64,000 nucleotides of DNA from assembly GCA_002269645.1 (NCBI GenBank), contig NIVC01001563.1, positions 1 to 64,000 of the forward strand. The letters run 5' to 3'. The stretch is from Macrostomum lignano. Its lineage: Eukaryota. Positions 58,916-64,000 of this stretch are shown here, one piece after another (position 1 is the stretch's first letter; the number at the start of each line of letters is the position of its first letter). The notes under the pieces are model-generated. The model was given only the letters and a program-made list of their open reading frames with translations. It did no database searches and was not told the DNA's origin. A program made the translations under genes and the position numbers.

Positions 58916-61731
58916 CTACTGGGCAGGCAGGCGCCGAACCAGCAGTTCCGGATCAGTCGATTCGACAACAAACCGATCGAGTTCCGGCTCGGCGTCCGGA
59001 TTAGCCATTGGCGGATTTTGACAGGCTACTTGAACCACCGCGTCCGGGATCTGGTTGAGGCTGGCTAGGGTCTGGCCGGACACCAGGCCGAGCTGGGCGG
59101 AGGTCAGGCCCAGCTGGTCAATCAGTTCAGAGTGGAAGCGGCGAAGGCGAAACATGGGCACCTCCATTGGCGGGCCGGGCTTGTCGAACAGTTGAATCTG
59201 TACAGATGTGGATTGATTTGCAGTGCAGCTGGGCCGCTTGTGTGCTATTACAGATAGGCAAGCAGTCATTGGCCACACAGCACTCAGCGAGCACTCGGAT
59301 ATACTTACAGGGTATACGGGGTCTACGACTTTAGACCGACAGACAAAAATTCTGCTGCCACAAATTGACTTTCGACCCTAACATGAACCCTAACCTAAAC
59401 ACTAACCCAAACTAAACCCTAACCTAAACCCAAACATGAACCCTAACCTAAACACTAACCCAAACTAAACCCTAACCTAAACCCAAACATTAACCCTAAC
59501 CTAAACACTAACCCAAACTAAACCCTAACCTAAACCCTAACATGAACCCTAACCTAAACACTAACTCAAACTAAACCCTAACCTAAACCCAAACATTAAC
59601 CCTAACCTAAACACTAACCCAAACTAAACCCTAACCTAAACCCTACCATGAACCCTAACATAAACCCAACCATGAACCCTAACCTAAACCCAACCATGAA
59701 CCCTAACCTAAACCCAACCATGAACCCTAACCTAAACCCAACCATGAACCCTAACCTAAACCCTACCATGAACCCTAACCTAAACCCAACCATGAACCCT
59801 AACCTAAACCCTACCATGAACCCTAACCTAAACCCTAACCTAAACCCTGATATAAACTGCGAGTACATGTACATGCCCTAGCCCTAACCTAAACATCAAC
59901 ATGAACCCTTAACATAACAAATATTGACATCTGGAACAAAGCATATCAGAGAACCATTGTGAGCTGCCTACAAAACATTTATGCCATGTCTATTTTAGAC
60001 ATACCCTGACTTTTCTCATAGTCGGGCATGTACACACTCTGTAAACTGGACTGGAATGTCATACCTTGACGGCAGTTTCGCTAATCTCATCCGAGACCAG
60101 CCGGCACCGAAGCAGTTCAGCGCCATCTTCTGGCTCGAGAAGCAGCAGCCGCTGGCCAAGGACTTCCTTAGCCATGGTGGCCAGGCAGTACACAGCGTAC
60201 AGCTGCGGCTTTCTAGTGCGAAGAAATCGCAGCAGAGTGGTGGTCTCCTTCATGACGGTCTCCAGCACGGCCTCCAGCTGGCTGTCCAGGGTGTACAGCC
60301 ACACGAATCTATTGCCGTCGGAGCCGAGACGCAGAGCGGTGAACTGCTGGCCCTCGGTCAGCCCACCGACGTCCAAAAAGGCGTCGGCCTCCTCGTCGGC
60401 GTCGCTTTCTTCGTTGTCGCCGGCGTCCTCGAACTCGGCGGGCTCAGTGGCCTCGCTGGCGACCTCGCTAGCAACTTCGAATCCCCATTCGTCCACTTCC
60501 GGCTCGGCAGCAGTTGGTTCAGACGAAGCGGAAGCAGAAGCTTTAGAAGCGGCGGGTCTCGGCGAGTAGGTCATTGTAGGCGTTTTAGGGGCCGCAGGCG
60601 ACGGGATCAGTATGGAGTCGTCTAGGCCGACCGGGTCGCCCGGATAGTACATCATGCGGCCGAGCACGTCTTCGACGCGCAGGGCGCCCTCGGCCACCAA
60701 GCTGGCTTCCAGAGTGTCGCACTGAGCTGGCAGAGCAGCACCGGATCGTTCGGCCGCCTGGCGCCAGAAATAGCTGCGCTCGGTGCCGCGCGGCTGTATG
60801 ATGCTTCGCGCGGCTGCTAGCAGATCGGCATAGTCGGCTGGATCAGGCGCCGGCTGCTTCGGCTGTACAGACGAGATTGTCAGGTTCTGCGTGCGTTGGC
60901 TTAACGGCTCCTGGAATGCCTCCGACGGTTGTCGCGACCTGGGCGGCGACGGCGCCAAACGGGACTGGACTTGAGGGCGCTGCTCGGCCTGCATCGACGA
61001 TGACGACAACAAGCTCGACTGGGCAGCTCGAGGATTAGCGGCGAAGCCGAAGCTTTTTCTATCGCTACCGCCGCCAGCGCCTCTGCTATTAAAGCCGTCA
61101 CCGCCGCTGCCTCTGCTGCCGCCTCTTCCATCTCCTCCCCCGTTGCTGCCAGCACTATTGGCTGTCCGCATGCTTGGTGGCAAGTAGATCTGCTGCTCTT
61201 GCAACGGCCGCCTGCCGCCGCCGCGGGCTGTGCCCCGGCCACGCGCTGGATAAGACCGCCTCTGGCCGCGAATGGCGCCCGGTCGGCGGAGGGGCGACCG
61301 CGGTAGGCGGATGCGCCGGCAGAAAAGGCGGAAGCGGAGCTAAGCGACGAAAAAGACGAGGCGGACGACATTGAGCTGCGGCCGCGCAAGCTAGCGGAGC
61401 TGCCACTGCCAAGAAGCGAGTTGCCGCGACCACCCCTGCCGCCTCTTGCGGAGGGGCGCTTCTTCTTTTTGCTCCTCTGCTTAGAAATCAGCGCCTCAAT
61501 GTGAGAGCTGCGCTCCGAGGCGACACCGTGGCAGACTACTTCGCCGTTTTCATTGGACAGGCGCACAATCTCAGGAATGCTGCGAAGGTAGGCAGTCAGA
61601 TTTGGATAGCCCTGTAGGTCGAGATCGGCCGAGACCAGCTGACGATAGTCCCTCATCAGCTGTCTGATAGGGACGCCCTCCTTAGAGGAGATTAAGACGC
61701 ATCGTAAATTGATTTTTTGATCATCGGCCAT
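58916..61731 (-). CDS. LOTUS (OST-HTH) domain + RGG region + degenerate Tudor-like domain protein, TDRD5/TDRD7/Tejas-like; one apparent -1 frameshift near 61210-61290
   Basis: Exons 60065-61731 and 58916-59197. Features: N-terminal [25 protein letters not shown]...[12 protein letters not shown]...[11 protein letters not shown] (extended-LOTUS pattern); RGGRGGRG; C-terminal [11 protein letters not shown]...YAVYC and IQLFDKPG...VPMFRLRRF (Tudor-like spacing). Confidence 0.78.
59375..59900. repeat. Degenerate telomere-like (CCCTAA-containing) array in the LOTUS-gene intron
   Basis: Units such as aaccctaacctaaac and catgaaccctaacctaaacccaac, with 12-24-bp periodicity. Confidence 0.88.
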
Positions 61732-61837
61732 TGTGTTGGAGGACAAAGAAACAGCGATGGAGCCTTTCAATTACAATGCAGAATTCCTTTTTTTGCAACA
61801 ATTGCACATGAATTGAATGAACCGATGAGGGAATATA

Positions 61838-62492
61838 CCGACTGCAATACTGAATCTACCGACTGCAATACTGAATCTACCAACTGCAATAATAAATCTA
61901 CTGACCGCAATACTGAATCTACCAACTGCAATAATAAATCTACTGACCGCAATACTGAATCTACCGACTGCAGTACTGAATCTACCGACTGCAATAATAA
62001 ATCTACTGACCGCAATACTGAATCTACCGACTGCAGTACTGAATCTACCGACTGCAATACTGAATCTACCGACTGCAATACTGAATCTACCGACTGCAGT
62101 ACTGAATCTACCGACTGCAATAATAAATCTATTGACCGCAATACTGAATCTACCGACTGCAGTACTGAATCTACCGACTGCAATACTGAATCTACCGACT
62201 GCAATACTGAATCTACCAACTGCAGTACTGAATCTACCGACTGCAATACTTAATCTACTGACTGCAATACTGAATCTACTGACTGCAATACTGAATCTAA
62301 CGACTGCAATACTGAATCTACCGACTGCAATACTGAATCTACCGACTGCAGTACTGAATCTACCGACTGCAATACTTAATCTACTGACTGCAATACTGAA
62401 TCTACTGACTGCAATACTGAATCTAACGACTGCAATACTGAATCTACCAACTGCAATACTGAATCTACCGACTGCAATACTAAATCTACTGA
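61838..62492. repeat. 21-bp minisatellite (actgcaatactgaatctaccg), ~31 copies
   Basis: Direct periodicity about 100 bp upstream of the LOTUS-gene ATG. It explains ORFs 61717-62530. Confidence 0.96.
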
Positions 62493-63235
62493 TCCCAATG
62501 CTTGACACGAATGCACCAATAAAAGCTTAGATTCGGACGCATCTGATCCGATTTTAGCAGGAAGCAACTTCGTCAAACGCAAAGGGAATTTGTAAAGCTG
62601 CAGACCCCCCAATAAACCGATTGTGTTGTATTTAGCCTGACTTGTATTTTTATTAGAATTGCGCTTTACTTTGCACACTGCGTTGGAAAATGTAAGCAAT
62701 AAATACAAATATAAAGTGAGTAATTGTTTGTTTAGGCTTGTCATAAACAGTCTCGCGCGACAAAAAAATGTACCTTGAACCCGGGACTGGCATAGCAACA
62801 TATTGGCAATATGAAGCATTTTATAATTGATAAATATTATTTATATTAGACTGTTCAAAATGGTGCTTTATTAATAACAACACGAGCCACACCTGCTCTA
62901 ATAGCAGTAGTAACTGAAATATATAGGAATATGGGCAACCAACCCCCCCCCCCAAGATTCTGAATAATCAGAGACGTTACTACGGAACTTAATTGACAAT
63001 TAATTAGAGTTTTAAGCAGGATATTTAGAGAGGAACAGAGTTAAGTCTACTGTAAATAAACAGATCCCGCTTTTACAATATATACTAAACTAAAGAGAAC
63101 AAGAATTGGAGGGTAAAATAGGAAGAAGCGAACCTACAGATAGAAACTGTTCGTCATTCACTGGTGGCAGAGAATCAACAATGTCCATACAGAGACAGGC
63201 AGAGCAGGTACCCGGACAGGACAGGTCACCGAGGC

Positions 63236-63382
63236 TTAAAAATCGTCATAGTCATCTTCGCTCATCTCCTTGGCCGTCTCCAGTTCGGCGGCCTCGCGTT
63301 CGCGACGCTCCTCGGCGCTCTCCAGATCCTCGGTGTACTTCTTAGGCGGGTAGCGCATCGCTCGGACGGACTGCTCGCGGAC
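63236..63382 (-). CDS. PSMD3: Last coding exon of 26S proteasome regulatory subunit Rpn3/PSMD3; the gene continues beyond the window end
   Basis: After acceptor ctcatctcag the frame reads [48 protein letters not shown], matching the known PSMD3 C-terminus (AMRFPP...[12 protein letters not shown]...AKEM). Confidence 0.92.
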   Translation of the reverse strand, partial: VREQSVRAMRYPPKKYTEDLESAEERREREAAELETAKEMSEDDYDDF

Positions 63383-63444
63383 CTGAGATGAGCCCGAGGG
63401 GGGGGGTGGGAGAGCTTTGTATGGGATTTAGAACGGGCATAGGC

Positions 63445-64000
63445 AACACAGAGGAACCAGAGTGACGATGCTGCAGCAGCACACAAAGGAGCCAGAGTGA
63501 TGGGGCTGCAGCATCACACAGAGAAGCCAGAATGATGGGCTGCAGCAGTACACAGAAGAGCCAGAGTAATGGGGCTGCAGCATCACACACAGAGGAGCCA
63601 GAGTGATGGGGCTGCAGCATCACACAGAGGAGCCAGAGTGATGGGGCTGCAGCATCACACAAAGGAGCCAGAGTGATGAGGCTGCAGCAGCACACAAAGG
63701 AGCCAGAGTGATGGGGCTGCAGCATCACACAGAGAAGCCAGAATGATGGGCTGCAGCAGCACACAAAGGAGCTAGAGTGATGGGGCTGCAGCATCACACA
63801 CAAAGGAGCCAGAGTGATGGGGCTGCAGCATCACACAGAGAAGCCAGAATGATGGGCTGCAGCAGTACACAGAAGAGCCAGAGTAATGGGGCTGCAGCAT
63901 CACACACAGAGGAGCCAGAGTGATGGGGCTGCAGCATCACACAGAGGAGCCAGAGTGATGGGGCTGCAGCATCACACAAAGGAGCCAGAGTGATGAGGCT
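63445..64000. repeat. ~37-39-bp minisatellite (gagccagagtgatggggctgcagcatcacacaga) in the last PSMD3 intron
   Basis: Direct periodicity running to the window end. Confidence 0.94.

Overview
This is eukaryotic genomic DNA, not a prokaryotic window: spliceosomal GT-AG introns, GC-rich exons and minisatellite-filled introns. That architecture resembles the flatworm Macrostomum lignano (inference, not verified). Six spliced genes were reconstructed by hand. (1) R-Ras/M-Ras-like GTPase (+, 2136-4450, first exon not found). (2) KSR-family Raf-like kinase/scaffold (+, 19449-23723). (3) 16-exon cGMP-dependent protein kinase (-, 27468-44646). (4) MPPE1/Cdc1-like metallophosphoesterase (-, 51425-55834). 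(5) LOTUS + degenerate Tudor protein of the TDRD5/Tejas type (-, 58916-61731). (6) Last exon of proteasome subunit PSMD3/Rpn3 (-, 63236-63382). Mobile DNA comprises a decayed BEL/Pao pol fragment, a dead DD34D mariner, a mariner-type MITE with ~190-bp TIRs, and a dispersed MITE-like repeat in two copies. Four host genes each carry one single-base frameshift, all reparable at a short G/C run, which most likely reflects long-read assembly error. Most long ORFs in the supplied track are tandem-repeat artefacts. The most unusual structures are: a head-to-tail pair of composite units (tRNA-like Pol III head + 23-bp satellite + 18-bp satellite) ending in a Helitron-like terminus; a 16-copy minisatellite made from an exon/intron junction, so every copy carries a splice donor; and a 702-nt stop-free, in-frame, repeat-filled intron inside the PKG cGMP-binding domain. 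I found no CRISPR array or bacterial-type system, and I cannot claim a proven new biological system.
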